Position numbers and translations under genes: made by a program. From positions 29,636,001-29,700,000 of the forward strand of contig OZ024743.1 in assembly GCA_964016885.1 (NCBI GenBank): a stretch of 64,000 bases of DNA, given 5' to 3'. The DNA is from Eledone cirrhosa (lineage: Eukaryota). Of this stretch, positions 27,121-40,822 are shown piece after piece. A model generated the notes under the pieces. The model was not told where the DNA came from, did not search any database, and saw nothing but the letters and a program-made list of their open reading frames with translations. Numbering within the stretch: position 1 is the stretch's first letter; every line of letters begins with the position of its first letter.

Positions 27121-28909
27121 ATATAATGCGACACCATTGTCAACTTATTAAGCAGTTTGGTAAACTTTGTGTGAAAATATATTCTCGCTCTCTTAGCAAA
27201 ACATTTATTGTCTTTGTGATGCTGATAGCTACGGTCTCATTTTCAAAGTAAATCCGAAGTGAGAACGAACAGTTCTATACTCTTTTACACTTCAAAATAA
27301 TGTTTTTATTCTTTAATCTTCCGGCAATGATTGGTATTGTCCAGTGTTTGTTAAATACCAATGTAAACAATCATGCAATTTTCATATATTGATTTATTTT
27401 GACGAAATCTACAATATATATATAAACAACTATAAACAGGAAAGGTCAGTAATTTCCTACTACCTAATTACCAGTAAGAGAAATATCTCAATGTAAGAAC
27501 ATCAGTTTTTTTACAGAGCAGAGAAATAAATAAATAAATAAATTAGACAATTATCATAGTTGTGTTCAAATCATTTAATAGCTGACAATCGTTTCTTCCA
27601 AACTCTCATTTGGAGTCATCGAAACATTATCAATGTTTGTACATGTAATTAATCTCCTATTCAACTGAGCAACAGTTTCGTATCTACAGGGTGGACTCGA
27701 TGCGACATATATTTTACTAGAATTGTACAAAGAATTTAAATTCAAATTAAAAGCACATGAGTGGAATACATGCAACAGATAATACAAGAGAATAGTCTAA
27801 TAATTAAAGAGGCATCGAGAAAGGAGCTTTGAGAAAGAAAGAGTACATTAGCAATACATATGCAGTCGTGTGGAAGGTGCACATGCGTTAGTCAGAAGGA
27901 AATAAGCAAAGTTAATATGCATATATAGACAAATAAATACTGTATTTTAAGAAAATATGTAATGTATTAAAATCTATGGTGGACGTAGTATGTTGATAGA
28001 GTTGTATTCGTGTGTGTTGCGAAGAACAAAGTTATTGCAGTCTCTTCCATTACATATGTTGAATTATATTTTAGTTAATGTTTACATTGAATGTTTTAAG
28101 TTAGTTAAAGGAATGGATTGTAATTAGTCTTGTTGTATTCTTATTAACGGACTATAGTTGTTCAACAGGTAGAATTTCCAATGGTTAATTTCCGGAAGTG
28201 AATAAGGGAAGGTAATGCATAAGGGTGGTAACTAGCTAATAAAATTCAGTTATTTAAAATCGTTGCTCTAATACACATTACAATATGATACAATTGAATC
28301 TCTATTACAAAATGCTATATATTTATACTTGATTTTAAATACAGTGTATTTTATTATAATACATTAAATGTCTCTTTAGATTGTTAGATTGTTATCTATT
28401 CATAACTGGACAATATATATGTTACGGAAAATTGTTTATATATCCAAATAGATATATCATTTGTGTAATAATATACATTATTGTGTAAAAATTAATCCCT
28501 TATATACATTATATATTTAATTATAAATGTATATATACTTTGTTAAAAGTAGATCCTTTATATACATGTTATTAATTTAATTATTTAATTATATAAATGT
28601 ATATATAGTTTATTATTACATATTACATTACATGTCTCTATGTAGAGACATTTAATGTAATATGTAATAATAAACTATATATAAGTATGCATTACTGTAT
28701 ATAATATAATTAAGCTACAGTAGTTATACCAAAAGGTGGTAACTTTATGGTTAATTCTAACAGATATTGCAGAGTATGAAGTTAGAGATAAATATGAGTT
28801 GTGTAGAGGAAAAAGCTGAAGAAATAGTGTGTAGCTGTGGGGGCTGATAAGTCCTAGATGTGAAGTGTTAATGGTGGTGGGGAATTCAAATCTGACATTG
28901 TTATATACT

Positions 28910-31030
28910 AACAGCTAGGTTTAAAGTTATGGAACGAGTGACGGTATCGGTATTGGCACGAGGAAAATGTCTCTGACTTTCTATTAAGGAGGTCCAGTTT
29001 CAAAAAGATTATAGTATGGGTCTCTAGAAGACAGAGATTACACAATTTATTCGGTGGTTTATACGATGGGGCCCTATCTACTACTTCTCATTGCAGTGTA
29101 AATGCTATATTCCTAGTTTTCAGAGAGTGTACGTAGCTAGATAAAGAAGTGGAGTTGGCTAGATTGTATTTTTTGAAAGAGTGGAGGTGCGAGTTGTATC
29201 TCGTCTTGAAGCTCTTCGAAGTAGAGCCGATATATGTTTTAGAAGAGTTATTTGCGTTGACGGTGCATGAAAAGACGATGTCTTTGGTTAAGCAATTATT
29301 ACCTAAGGGGCAAGTTCTATTAGTTCTACAGTTACATTTATTCTGTATGTTAGCTTGCTGGTTACTATGTTGTGAATAATTCTGGTTGCTAGGGATAACA
29401 CTAGGGTAATGATGTCTGTCATTCGTATTGTTATTGATTTCATTAGTGCTATTATCATTATTACTATTATTATTACTATGGTTTACAGGTACTAAGTTAA
29501 CCTCCTGTTATGTTTTAATTAGTTGGAAATAATTATTAATCTTCCTTTTATAACTACTAGCTATATGGTATGCTGTGTTAGGTGTGGTGGAGTACGAGAT
29601 TTTAATGGTATTTTTATTTGATAAGATTATGGTACTTGTGGCCGACGGGAAGTTTTTATCTAAGATTGAGAAGAAAGCTTTAGGTAAGTTGGTAGATATG
29701 TTTAGATTGAAAGGGAGATTGAAGAATGTATTAGTTCTTCTACTATTTTTGTTTTTAGTAATGTTTTTTTAGGTATTTGTATCCCTGTTCATATTATTAT
29801 CGTGGTGTTTACTTTGGTGCGAGTTAAGTTTAGTATTACTCTTCGTCTTAGAGTTATATTGGCTAGTGCTTTTATTATTTTTCCTCATGGCCATATTATG
29901 GGAAATAAGGATGTAACTATGTGATTTTATAGGTAGGAATTCAATCCCATTCCTATGTCCTGATTTAGTTAAGGCCTCATTATAGTATTGTAAGTTATTG
30001 TTAAATATGGTTTCATTATATGAGAGATTAGAGATTCTATTAGATATTCCTTTAGTAATAGAGTTTAATATGGATTTAGGGTGGTTAGAGTTGCTATTCA
30101 CATAAATTTGTTTTTCGTTAGGTTTGTGAAAGGGTGTGTATATTTTAGAGTCTAGGCAAAGGGTAGCATCAAGAAAGTTAATGTTTTTAGTGTTTTTCTA
30201 AGGTGATACTTAAGTTGAAGTTTTTGAAAATGTTGTGTAATTGTTTCCTAGTTTTAAATTTGTTATTGTCTATAAGGAGTATTGCATCATCGCGGTATAA
30301 ACCACCGTTGAGGTAGTGTAGGAACTTATGAATTTCATTTAATAGATATAGACCCACTAAATCAATGACCTGCGCCGAGTCACTAGATCCCATAGTTATG
30401 TCAAAGTTGTTATGCGTATCCTTGCGGGTCCATAATTGGTCTTCAAATGTAATTATGGTTTTTAGGGCCACAAGTATGACATAAATTTGGGATCTAGTCA
30501 GGTCATTATTATTCATGGCCATAATTAAAGCGTTATTTAGTAGGATAGGGGAAATAGAGGTGTAGTATGAATTGATATCAACTTGTATAATTTTTTATTT
30601 TTACTCTCTTTGATAACCTTGAACCATTCAATAACTACACCTGTATTTCCCCATTGGATAAGATATATTTTGTGCTTACATTTTGGGATGATTCTATCTA
30701 ATATTTTCTTGCTGATAATACCAATGTCAGATTTGGAAGGGCAAATTAGTCTTATTGAAGGGTTACTAAGGAAGTCTTCTTTATGGTCCTTCAGAGAGAA
30801 ACTTGGGGGATTAGGGTGTATGGCTGTGTATGTCTCTGAAGTCTTAATTTGCACACTATACTACGGCTTTCTATATTTAATACTTCTAGGTTTTTAGTAG
30901 TAGTTTCCTTATAGCTCCTATGCAGTTCCTTATATATAAATTTTCTATACGTATCGTAAACCAAGCTATATATATTATCAGTTTTATCTGCATGTAGTAG
31001 GTTTTTTTTTATTAAATCGTTTAATAGTGG
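28910..31030 (-). mobile_element. Decayed Hydra-like PLE (RT plus GIY-YIG)
   Basis: SLKDHKEDFLSNPSIRLICPSKSDIG; FDITMGSSDSAQVIDLVGL..GLYRDD; SNHPKSIL; FFNLPF; CNCRTNRTCPLG; YIGSTSKSFKTRYNSH. Confidence 0.9.
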
Positions 31031-31038
31031 AGTTAAGG

Positions 31039-31122
<84 letters not shown>

Positions 31123-31169
31123 CATATATATATATATATATATTAATCTATAATAAACAATACAATATA

Positions 31170-31247
31170 ATTACCTCATTACCAGATGTTTCCCGAATAG
31201 GACGAATACGAAAGAAACGTCCTCATTCGTTCGTCGGACAAGGTAAT
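31170..31247 (-). ncRNA. Type I hammerhead, CCGANGA variant, 10-bp stem I
   Basis: Minus: attaccttgt-CCGACGA-a-cgaat-g-aggacg...cgtcct-attcg-g-GAAA-C-atctg-G-TA-atgaggtaat. Confidence 0.8.
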
Positions 31248-32469
31248 ATAAAACATAGTGAAATATTCGGAAAGTCTCCTCAAGAAATAAAAAAAAATAT
31301 ATATATATATAAATAAAAGCAATGCAATAGACATAAAATATATAAAAAAATATAATGAAATATAGTTAGGTATGTGTATATGTATGTATATACACTCACA
31401 AATGTACATATGTATGTATGTACAAATGCGTGTGTATGGTGAAAATGTGTGCGTAAGTACATTTATGAGGGCAAGTATATTTGTGTATATGTAACCTCAA
31501 ATACGAATATAATATTAGTTGAAAAAGAAAACGAAAAAGAAAAAGAAAAAGAAAAAGAAAAAGAAAAAGAAAAAGATAATCTAGATGACACGCATCCAGA
31601 AAACAGCTATTAGATACACAATGAGTATGAAAGCACGCGTATAAACACACACACACGCGCGATCACTTATATACGGAAGATAAAGAGGGAAGGGAGTGTA
31701 ATAGTTAAAAGAAAGTGTCATTCTCGATATATGTATAAAAATGATACAGTATATGAGAAAGAAAAAAATTTAAATGAAAGAGAAAGTAGTCGATTAACAC
31801 TAGAGAAAAGAAAAGAAAAGAAAACAAACAAGGTACACACGTACATACATATATATCTATTAAAAATATATATATATAGACGCAATACGTACAGACAAAA
31901 GCGTATGCATGCGTAGATACATACACAGGATGCACGTATATATATACATACATATCGCCCCATGTATATCTAATCAAACGTACGTACGCGACTGTATACA
32001 TATATATATATATACACGCACACATACACACCCATACATACAATACATATATATACACATACACACAAACATATTCACGTACATTGACCCGCTTACACGC
32101 ACACATAAAAATAAGAATGTAAAAAACATAGAAGTAAAAACTCAGATGTAAAAACACACATACATACACATATATATACGCGCACGCACGCGCACATACG
32201 GAGGCGTTCGTGTACATATACAGAACGTATACACACATAAAGACGCTCAGACACATATATATAGGGTGTAAAGCAGCCTTATGAATAAATGAGTACAAAT
32301 ATAAAAATATAAATTTGGCTGCGAAATAACAGAAAATATCTGGAGTGGAAAACACAAGTGACCCGAATAATCAGGTAGTAAAGAAAATAGGGAAGTAAAA
32401 TGTGGAAAGTGAAGATATTAGGTAAGTGAATCGAATAAAGGGGGGGGGGGTTACTGGTGGATGTGAGGT

Positions 32470-32514
32470 AAAAATAAAAATTAAAATAAAAATAAAAAAA
32501 AAATAAAAATAAAA

Positions 32515-32545
<31 letters not shown>

Positions 32546-32922
32546 TAAAAAAAATAAAAATAAAAATAAAAATAAAAATAAAAATAAAAATAAAAATAAA
32601 AATAAAAATAAAAATAAAAATAAAAATAAAAATAAAAATAAAAATAAAAATAAAAATAAAAATAAAAATAAAAATAAAAATAAAAATAAAAATAAAAATA
32701 AAAATAAAAATAAAAATAAAAATAAAAATAAAAATAAAAATAAAAATAAAAATAAAAATAAAAATAAAAATAAAAATAAAAATAAAAATAAAAATAAAAA
32801 TAAAAATAAAAATAAAAATAAAAATAAAAGTAAAAATAAAAATAAAATTAAAAATAAAAATAAAAATAAAAATAAAAATAAAAATAAAAATAAAAATAAA
32901 AATAAAAATAAAAATAAAAATG
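32470..32922. repeat. (TAAAAA)n hexanucleotide array in the PLE 3' region
   Basis: About 450 bp of near-perfect repeat. Confidence 0.97.
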
Positions 32923-34483
32923 AAAGTAAATCAGAAAGTGTAGTCTTTAAAGAGAATAATTTAAATGAAGAATAAGAGCTTATGGAGGATAAGTATCTGA
33001 AAGTTTATATGAGCTGGAAAGCAAGTGTGATTTCATGTGTGGGCAACTTGGTGAAAATTTCTGTCTTTGTATTTAGGCAGGTTTTTGGTGATTTAAGGTT
33101 TTGTAAAATCCAATATTTTTCGTTTATGCAGAGTGTGCATTTTCTTGTTCCTCTTGCATATTCTTTAGATTGGTTCAAAATTGACCAATCCAATTTATAT
33201 TGGATACCTTGGTCTTTCAAATCCCATATTCTGCTAGCCAGAGCTGTTGTGAATCTTTTTTCTGGATGTCGAAAGGATGCGACATGTGAGTAGTAACGCG
33301 TTTTGAATTTGTCTTGTGTCATACCCACATATCGTTCACTGGTGGTTGGTTGGTTGTTGCTGATGGTTGTCACTTTAGCCGCATATATAATGGCTTTGGT
33401 GTCGCATTTACCTTGTAATGGGCATTCATTTTGACTCTACAGGAGCAATTTTGATGTTCTCTGAGTGAATTTTTGTTGATGATATAAGATTTAATAGGGG
33501 GACCGCAGGAGTAGCTAATTTTGACACAGTTTCTATTGAAGATCTTCTAGTATCTATGTGTTCTAGGGAAATGTTATCTAAGAGCTCTAGGAATTTTTTG
33601 CCTACATTAGTTTTAACTGCTAGAGAGTAGGGAGGTGTGAACAGATTATTTTTCTTTTCCTATTTTTATGTTTAAAAGAGTTTGTATAGTTGGGTATGTA
33701 TTTAATCGATTCGCTAAAACCGCTATTTTGGAGGGCTTTATTATAGTAGGGGGATGCCGTATTGAAAATAGCTTCTGAGGAAGAGAGGGTGGAGATCCTA
33801 CGGCTAATATTAGGGATGAGGTTTTTAAAAACTATAGGAGGATGGAAAGAGCCTTTATTTATATATTTTAAATTTTCATTAGGTTAATGGTATGGTTTAT
33901 AAGAAGCAGTATGCAAATCTAGGTTTATATCTAGGAAATTAACATTGGAAAGATTAATGTCAATAGTAATTTTAAGATTAAAACTAGCAAAGGTTTTTAT
34001 TAAGTCTTTCCTTAATCTATCTAAGTTATGGCCTATGGTGGTATGGGAAAGTATTAGACCATCGTCGCGATAAAGCCCATAAATATGGTTAGGGAATTTT
34101 TCTTTAAGTGTGTGTAGGAGGAATAGGCCGACTAAATCACAAACATCAGCACTATCAAAAGAGCCCATTGAGACATCGAATGGGCTCTCTGGGTTAGATA
34201 TTTTTACCCAAGTGTCATTATCAGTAAATAGTAGAGTGTTTCTAGCGTGCAAGATGACATTCTCTTCAATATCAGAGATATTGGTAAACTTTCTGGCGAA
34301 ATTTAAAGCTTTCGCTAAAAGAGTCTGAGTGATAGATGGGTAGAAATCTACAATGTCAAATTGGGTGAATCTAGAACTATTTTCTCTTTAATTTTATTAA
34401 ACCAATGTACTACGGAAGAGCTATCTATCCATTGGAGTAATTCAGACTTACTTCTAATGTGTGTGTTTATATTATTTAAAATG

Positions 34484-34539
<56 letters not shown>

Positions 34540-35190
34540 CAATTTTGAGTATATGTTGGTTGTATACCAACACCTCAGTATGCAGATTGGAGCACTCAAC
34601 GAATTGCGCAGGTTGGTTTGGTTACTCCGGAGTATTGTAAAATAAAATAAGTCAAATGTTTAATATTTGGCTTCGTTTATTACTGCTATATATATTTCGG
34701 TGACAACCATCTTTGGATGTGACCTCTTCAGATATGTGACCTCCTCAAGATATAGGGACTTCTCCAGCACATGTAGACACCTCTCGGCCAGACCTCCCTC
34801 AAGCTATATGGGCAGTAAGAACACCATAGGTTGGGAACGCTCCTCAAGCCATAGGGACCAACCCAGGCTGAGCAGACACCATGATAGCCTATAGATTGAT
34901 TCTGACACAGCCTATATAATTTGGCCAACATCTTTGTAATACACACACATTTTATTTGATTATCCTATTTTGTTTTATTCTTTTACCATCTTCTTCCTCC
35001 TACTACTCTATACAACATATTTCTGACCTTGAGATTGGTTATAGCACACACACATTTATCTTATTATATTTGAATTTTCATTTTTATTTTTAACTTTTCA
35101 TTTTCATTTTTCATTTTCCATATTCATTTTTCATTACTTTCTCATTACTTTATCATTAATTTTTCATTTATTTTCTGTTTTCGTCAGTTT
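34540..35190 (-). mobile_element. pLTR variant with HHR core (34682-34731) adjoining a (TA)n tract
   Basis: 34540-34731 matches 40618-40817; CTGAAGA...GAAATATATATA core but stem I unpaired. Confidence 0.7.
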
Positions 35191-35905
35191 ATTACCTTCT
35201 ATTTCTTCATATACATGTCAGAAACCACCCCAGCACCAACACCACCACCACCACGGGAGATGGGGCAGGAGGGATGAAGAAACACACACACAGATACTTC
35301 TAAATTGTCAGCAGCAGCACGACATAAGCTGACCACAACACCAACAACACTACCAAAATATGGGTAGAGGCCAGATGTACTTAACAATAGCAAATACAAA
35401 CACTACAGGGTGCCTCACCCCAGAAATAATTTCTATAGACTTTGGACTGAGGAATGCTCTGAAAACTGACCAATGGGAAGTTTGACCTTAGAAATCTTTA
35501 TAACATTGAGATGTGTAGAACACACACACACACACATTTTATTCAATTATTTTATTTTATTTTGTTCCTTTACCATCTTATTGCTTCTACCACTTTATCA
35601 CCCTTTTTTAGCTGACTCCAACAACAACACCACTACCAACATAAGAATAGAGGTTACATGTACCTAACAATAACAAGAACAACAACTACAAGTTGGCTTG
35701 CCTCAGAACGAAATTCTATAGACTTTTGACTGAGGAATGTTCTAACAACTGACCAATGAGAGGAGAAGAGGCCCTTTGACGCTGAAATTCATGATTCCAG
35801 TTCCTCAGTGAAATAAGAACCCAACCAGGAATTGGGCATATCAGAGTATTGACAAAGTTATACACCTCAACAACATGAGTACTCGTCTCTACCACACTAA
35901 TTCGG

Positions 35906-35960
35906 ACAGCCTGAAGAGGTCACATCCAAAGATGGCTGTCACCGAAATATATATAGCAGT
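35906..35960 (+). ncRNA. Type I hammerhead, one stem I mismatch
   Basis: acagc-CTGAAGA-ggt...acc-GAAA-TATATA-TA-gcagt. Confidence 0.7.
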
Positions 35961-36316
35961 AATAAACGAAGCCAAATTTTAAACATTTGACTTATTTATT
36001 TTATTTTATTTTACATTACTCCGGAGTAACCAAACCAACCTGCGCACTTCGTCGAGTGCTCCAATGTGCATACTGATGTGTGGTATACAACCAACATATA
36101 CTCAAAATTTATATATATATAATGTAGGAGGTGAGTTTTATTGTAGAACAATAAAACCATGCATATATCAGATAAGTAGCACTCAACAGTTGATAGAACT
36201 TGAGTATATATATAATAAATTAAAAGATGGTTAAAAAAAGTTCCATATATTTTTTGAAATGCGCGTAATAAAATATATGCAACTTTTTTAACCATCTTTT
36301 AATTTCTTCTTATATA

Positions 36317-36365
<49 letters not shown>

Positions 36366-36602
36366 GGGATAACAAATTTTTGTTATAGGTAGTCCACTTA
36401 GATGTAATCCAGTTAGGGTACTCCGAGTAGTGGATAGTATTAACGCTTGGATAAGGTTGACTCAACAAGACGTTTCCATAGTGACGCTGCGAGTACGCGG
36501 TGATTTCTATGTAGTTCACTCATGGAGTAATAACAAATCAATAAAGAAGAATGGCATGGTCTGCTATATTTGTATAGCAAACCATGTCACTTTTCTTTCT
36601 CG

Positions 36603-36655
<53 letters not shown>

Positions 36656-36733
36656 CATATATATATATATATGCATACATATGTATGATGCTCACGTCCT
36701 CTCGGGTTAGGTCCGTATTGGACATCGCTAAAA

Positions 36734-37693
36734 ATGGACCTAACTCGAGAGGAGGTGAGCATGATCCACGCCGCAATAAATACCTTAATCCGTTTCGATG
36801 GAGACCTTTGGATCAGGAGTGATTGGCCAAATAACTTTGACATCATGATGGGCTCCAGCGACTCAGTACAGGTAACGGACCTGGTTGGGCTCTTCCTGTT
36901 GAAGCATATAAAAGATGAAATTCCCTGCCTGGGCGGCGGATTATATCGTGAAGATGCTCTCCTCACAGTATATGACTACAGCACCACCATGTTGGGGGGA
37001 ATGAGGAGGCGTATTCTCCATTTCTTTAAGAACAAGGGGCTCAGTATCGAACTGGACCCAAATAGAAAGGTAGTTAACTTCCTAGACACCACCCTAAACC
37101 AAAACACCTTGCAATACTACCCCTACCACGAGCCCAATACGAAACGTGTGTATGTTAACGCCAAGTCAAACCATCCTAGATCCATAACCAAGGCAGTGGT
37201 GAAGAGTAACTCGGACAGGATCTCCAGCCTGTCCGCAAATAAGGAAATCTTCGATAACAACGCGGAATATTACAACGCAGCTCTAAATAAGGCGACTCAT
37301 GGCCAAAATATAACATATAGTCCGAGGCGCCGGGATGGGGAGAACCCTAACAATACAGGTAGAACAGAAACAAATAAGCACCATGAGCCCGACACCCCCA
37401 CACGGGCGATGGTGACAAGTACGCTTAAATATGAGAAGAAACCCAATATGAGCAGCAGTCTCACGTGTGATGCTAACCACCCCGGGCCCGACGACACCAA
37501 CCGCAGGACACGGGGGTGGGGTAACGGGGGACCACCCCACATTGGATCTCCCAGCACGGGCAACAACCACCCCACAGATTCGGGCCGTGAAGATAGCAAA
37601 ACGCATAGCGCCCAAAGGGGAAGCAACAATGCGGAACCACCAGCAACCCAACAACTCTCCAACAACTCGCGACGCCCCAACCCACCCATATAG
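36734..37693 (+). pseudogene. PLE RT C-terminal half and thumb; continues frameshifted to the linker/endonuclease at ~38255
   Basis: FDIMMGSSDSVQVTDLVGLFLL..GGGLYREDALL..NFLDTTL..SNHPRSI; then WYNPPYS..KIFNRLTVKLSYS. Confidence 0.9.
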
Positions 37694-38279
37694 GAGTAGA
37701 CGCAGAAAAATCACGTGGTATAACCCACCCTACTCAGCGGCCCTAAAGAAAAGCTTGGCCCGATCATTCGTTGGAGCACTTTATAAATGCTTCCCGAGGG
37801 ACCATAGATACGACAAGATCTTCAACAGACTCACTGTGAAGCTCTCGTATTCCCCCACGAGAAATCTGGCCCAACACATAGCTAGCATGAACAGCAGTAG
37901 GCTTAAACACCACACACAACCCGAAGATGGCAATATAAGCACCCAGCAGAACCATGTGGGAAGGAGGAAAGGGGGTACACAGTGCCCACCCAAGAAACTC
38001 AAACAGACCCGAGGACACCCCACCGTGCCCGGAGAAAGACGACCGTGAAACATGTTAAGGCAACCCCACACTAGGCACGCAGAGGTCGACCTCTCTCTGC
38101 AACTGCAGAAATCCCGAATCATGCCCCCTTAGTAATGAATGACTTAAGAAGAACCTAATATACGGATGTAGGGTTAAAACCCCCAACTCCGAACACCTGT
38201 ACATAGGAGCCACATCAACGAACTTTAAAGACCGTTGGTATAACCATCGCCATTCTGAGGTTTATCAGGCCGCTTCCAG

Positions 38280-40020
38280 CTCTTAGTATCTCGAGGGTCT
38301 CGTTCAGACATAGTTTGTATATGCAAGATCCCCCTTTATCGGGTGGTACTTTCCTGATTATGGAACAGGCCAGAGAGTACGGGGTCCTGTCCAGCTTAGC
38401 TTCCAGATCAGGTCGGAGAGAGCCGTACTTTTCCTTTTGGCCTCCTTTTTGAAGGAATGGCGATGGTTATACCAGCGGTCTTTAAAGCTCGTTGATGTGG
38501 CTCCTATGTAGAGGTATTCGGTGTTGGGGGTTTTAACCCTACAACCGTATACTAGGTCCTTCTTAAGGCATTCATTTCCAAGGGGCATGATTCGGGTTTC
38601 TACAGTTGCAGAGGCTGGTCGACCTCTGCGTGCCTAGATTGGGGTTCCCGTTATGTGTTACATGGTGGTCTTCCCCCAGGCATGGTGGGGGGGGGGGAGT
38701 CCCAGGCTCTGTTTGGGTTTCTTGGGTGGGCACTGGGTCCCCCTTCCCTCCTTTCACTTGGTTCTGCTGAGTGTTTGTATTGCCATCTTCTGGTTGTGTG
38801 TGGTTTTTAAGCCTACTCCTGTTGATGCCAGCTATGTGTTGGGCCAGATTTCTCGTGGTGGAATACGAGAGCTTAACAGTGTGTCGGTAGACGATCTTGT
38901 GGTATGTGTTGCTTCAACTTTGGGCGCTATGCGTTTTGCTATCTTCACGGCCCGAATCTGTGGGGTGGTTGTTGCCCGCGCTGGGAGATCCAATGTGGGG
39001 TGGTCCCTCGTTACCCCCCCACGTGTCCTGCGGTTGGGGTCGTCGGGCCCGGGGTGGTTAGAATCACACGTGAGACTGCTGCTCATATTGGGTTTATTCT
39101 CATGTTTAAGCGGAATCGTCACCATCGCCCGTGTGGTGGTGTCGGGCTCATGGTGCTTATTTGTTTCTGTTCTGCCTGTATTGTTAGGGATTCTCCCCAT
39201 CCCGGCGCCTCGGACTATATGTTATATTTGGCCATGAGCCGCCTTATTTAGAGCTGCGTTGTAATATTCCGCGTTGTTATCGAATATTTCCTTATTGCGG
39301 ACAGGATGGAGATCCTGTCCGAGTTACTCTTCACCACGGCCTTGGTTATGGATCTAGGGTGGTTTGACTTGGCGTTAACATACACACGTTTCTCGTTGGG
39401 GTTGTGGTAGGGGTAGTATTGCTCGGTGTTCAGGTTTAGGGTGGTGTCTAGGAAGTTAACTACCTTTCTATTTGGGTCCAGTTCGATACTGATCCCCTAG
39501 TTCTTAAAGAAAAGGGAGAATACGCCTCATCATTCCCTCCAACATGGTGGTGCTGTGGTCATATACTGTGAGGAGAGCATCTTCACGATATACTCCGCCG
39601 CCCAGGGAGGGGATTTCATCTTTTATATGCTTCAACAGCAAGAGCCCAACCAGGTCCGTTACCGATGCTGGGTAGCTGTAGCCCATCATGATGTCAAAGT
39701 TATTTGGCCAATCACTCCTGATCCAAAGGTCTCCATCGAAACGGATTAAGGTATTTCTTGCGGTGTGGAAGATTCTCACCTCCTCTCGGGTTAGGTCCAT
39801 ATTGGACATCGTTAAAAATAGGGCCTTATTGAGTACTATGGTTGAGATTGAGGAGTAGTAGTCTTCGATATCCAGTTGGATAAAGCTGGTCTTACTTTTC
39901 TCATGTAGCATCTTAAACCATTCTTTTACCTCTCCAGTGCATGACCATTGCTGTAATCTAATTTTTTTTCCGAAGCTTGGTCAAAATCCTATCTAGTATT
40001 CTTTTACTGACGATCCCTAG
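38280..40020 (-). pseudogene. Second, inverted PLE RT-endonuclease copy
   Basis: FIQLDIEDYYSSIS..VYREDALL; CNCRNP; LVYGCRVKTPNTEYLYIGATSTSFKDRWYNH. Confidence 0.9.
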
Positions 40021-40378
40021 TTACACAATCTCACCCATAGTACTCAATAAGGCCCTATTTTTAGCGATGTCCAATACGGACCTAAACCGAGAGGAGGCGA
40101 GCATCATCCATATGTATTTATATATATATATATATATAAATCAAGAAAGAAAAGTGACATGGTTTGCTATACAAATATAGCAAACCATGCCACTCTTCTT
40201 TATTGATTTATTATTACCCCAAGAGTAAACTACATAAAAATCACCGCGTACTCGCAGCATCACTAAGGAAACGTCTTGTTGAGTCAAACTTAGCCAAGCG
40301 TTAATACTATCCACTACTCGGAGTACCCTAACTGGACTACATCTAAGTCGACTAACTATAACGATAATTTGTTATCCC

Positions 40379-40419
<41 letters not shown>

Positions 40420-40767
40420 AAGAAATTAAAAGATGGTTAAAAAAGTTCCATATATTTTATTATGCGCATTTCAAAAAATATATGGAACTTTTTTTAACCA
40501 TCTTTTAATTTCTTATATATATACTCCAGTTCTATCAACTGTCGAGTGCTACTTATCTGATATATGCATAGTTTTATTGTTCTACAATAAAACTCACCTC
40601 CTACATTATATATATATAAATTTTGAGTATATGTTGGTTGTATACCACACATCAGTATGCACATTGGAGCACTCGACGATGTGCGCAGGTTGGTTTGGTT
40701 ACTCCGGAGTAATGTAAAATAAAATACAATTAATAAGTCAAATGTTTAAAATTTGGCTTCGATTATT

Positions 40768-40822
40768 ACTGCTATATATATTTCGGTGACAGCCATCTTT
40801 GGATGTGACCTCTTCAGGCAGT
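40768..40822 (-). ncRNA. Intact type I hammerhead
   Basis: Minus: actgc-CTGAAGA-ggtcacatccaaagatggctgtcacc-GAAA-TATATA-TA-gcagt. Confidence 0.85.

Larger units (their letters stand above)
31050..34490 (-). mobile_element. Hydra-like PLE: RT (~33700-34490), GIY-YIG (33005-33450), long microsatellite-rich 3' pLTR ending in an HHR
   Basis: FDVSMGSFDSADVCDLVGLFLL..GLYRDDGL; CSCRVKMNAH/CPLQGKC; YVGMTQDKFKTRYYSH..CTLCINEK. Confidence 0.9.

Noticed and set aside
35443-35475. CTGAGGA-atgctct-GAAA as a hammerhead (also at ~41428)
   Set aside because: No real stem II and no UH after stem III; ctgagg instead pairs with nearby cctca(g)
37283-39251. Multiple overlapping GC-rich ORFs
   Set aside because: Alternative and antisense frames of the PLE RT-endonuclease linker
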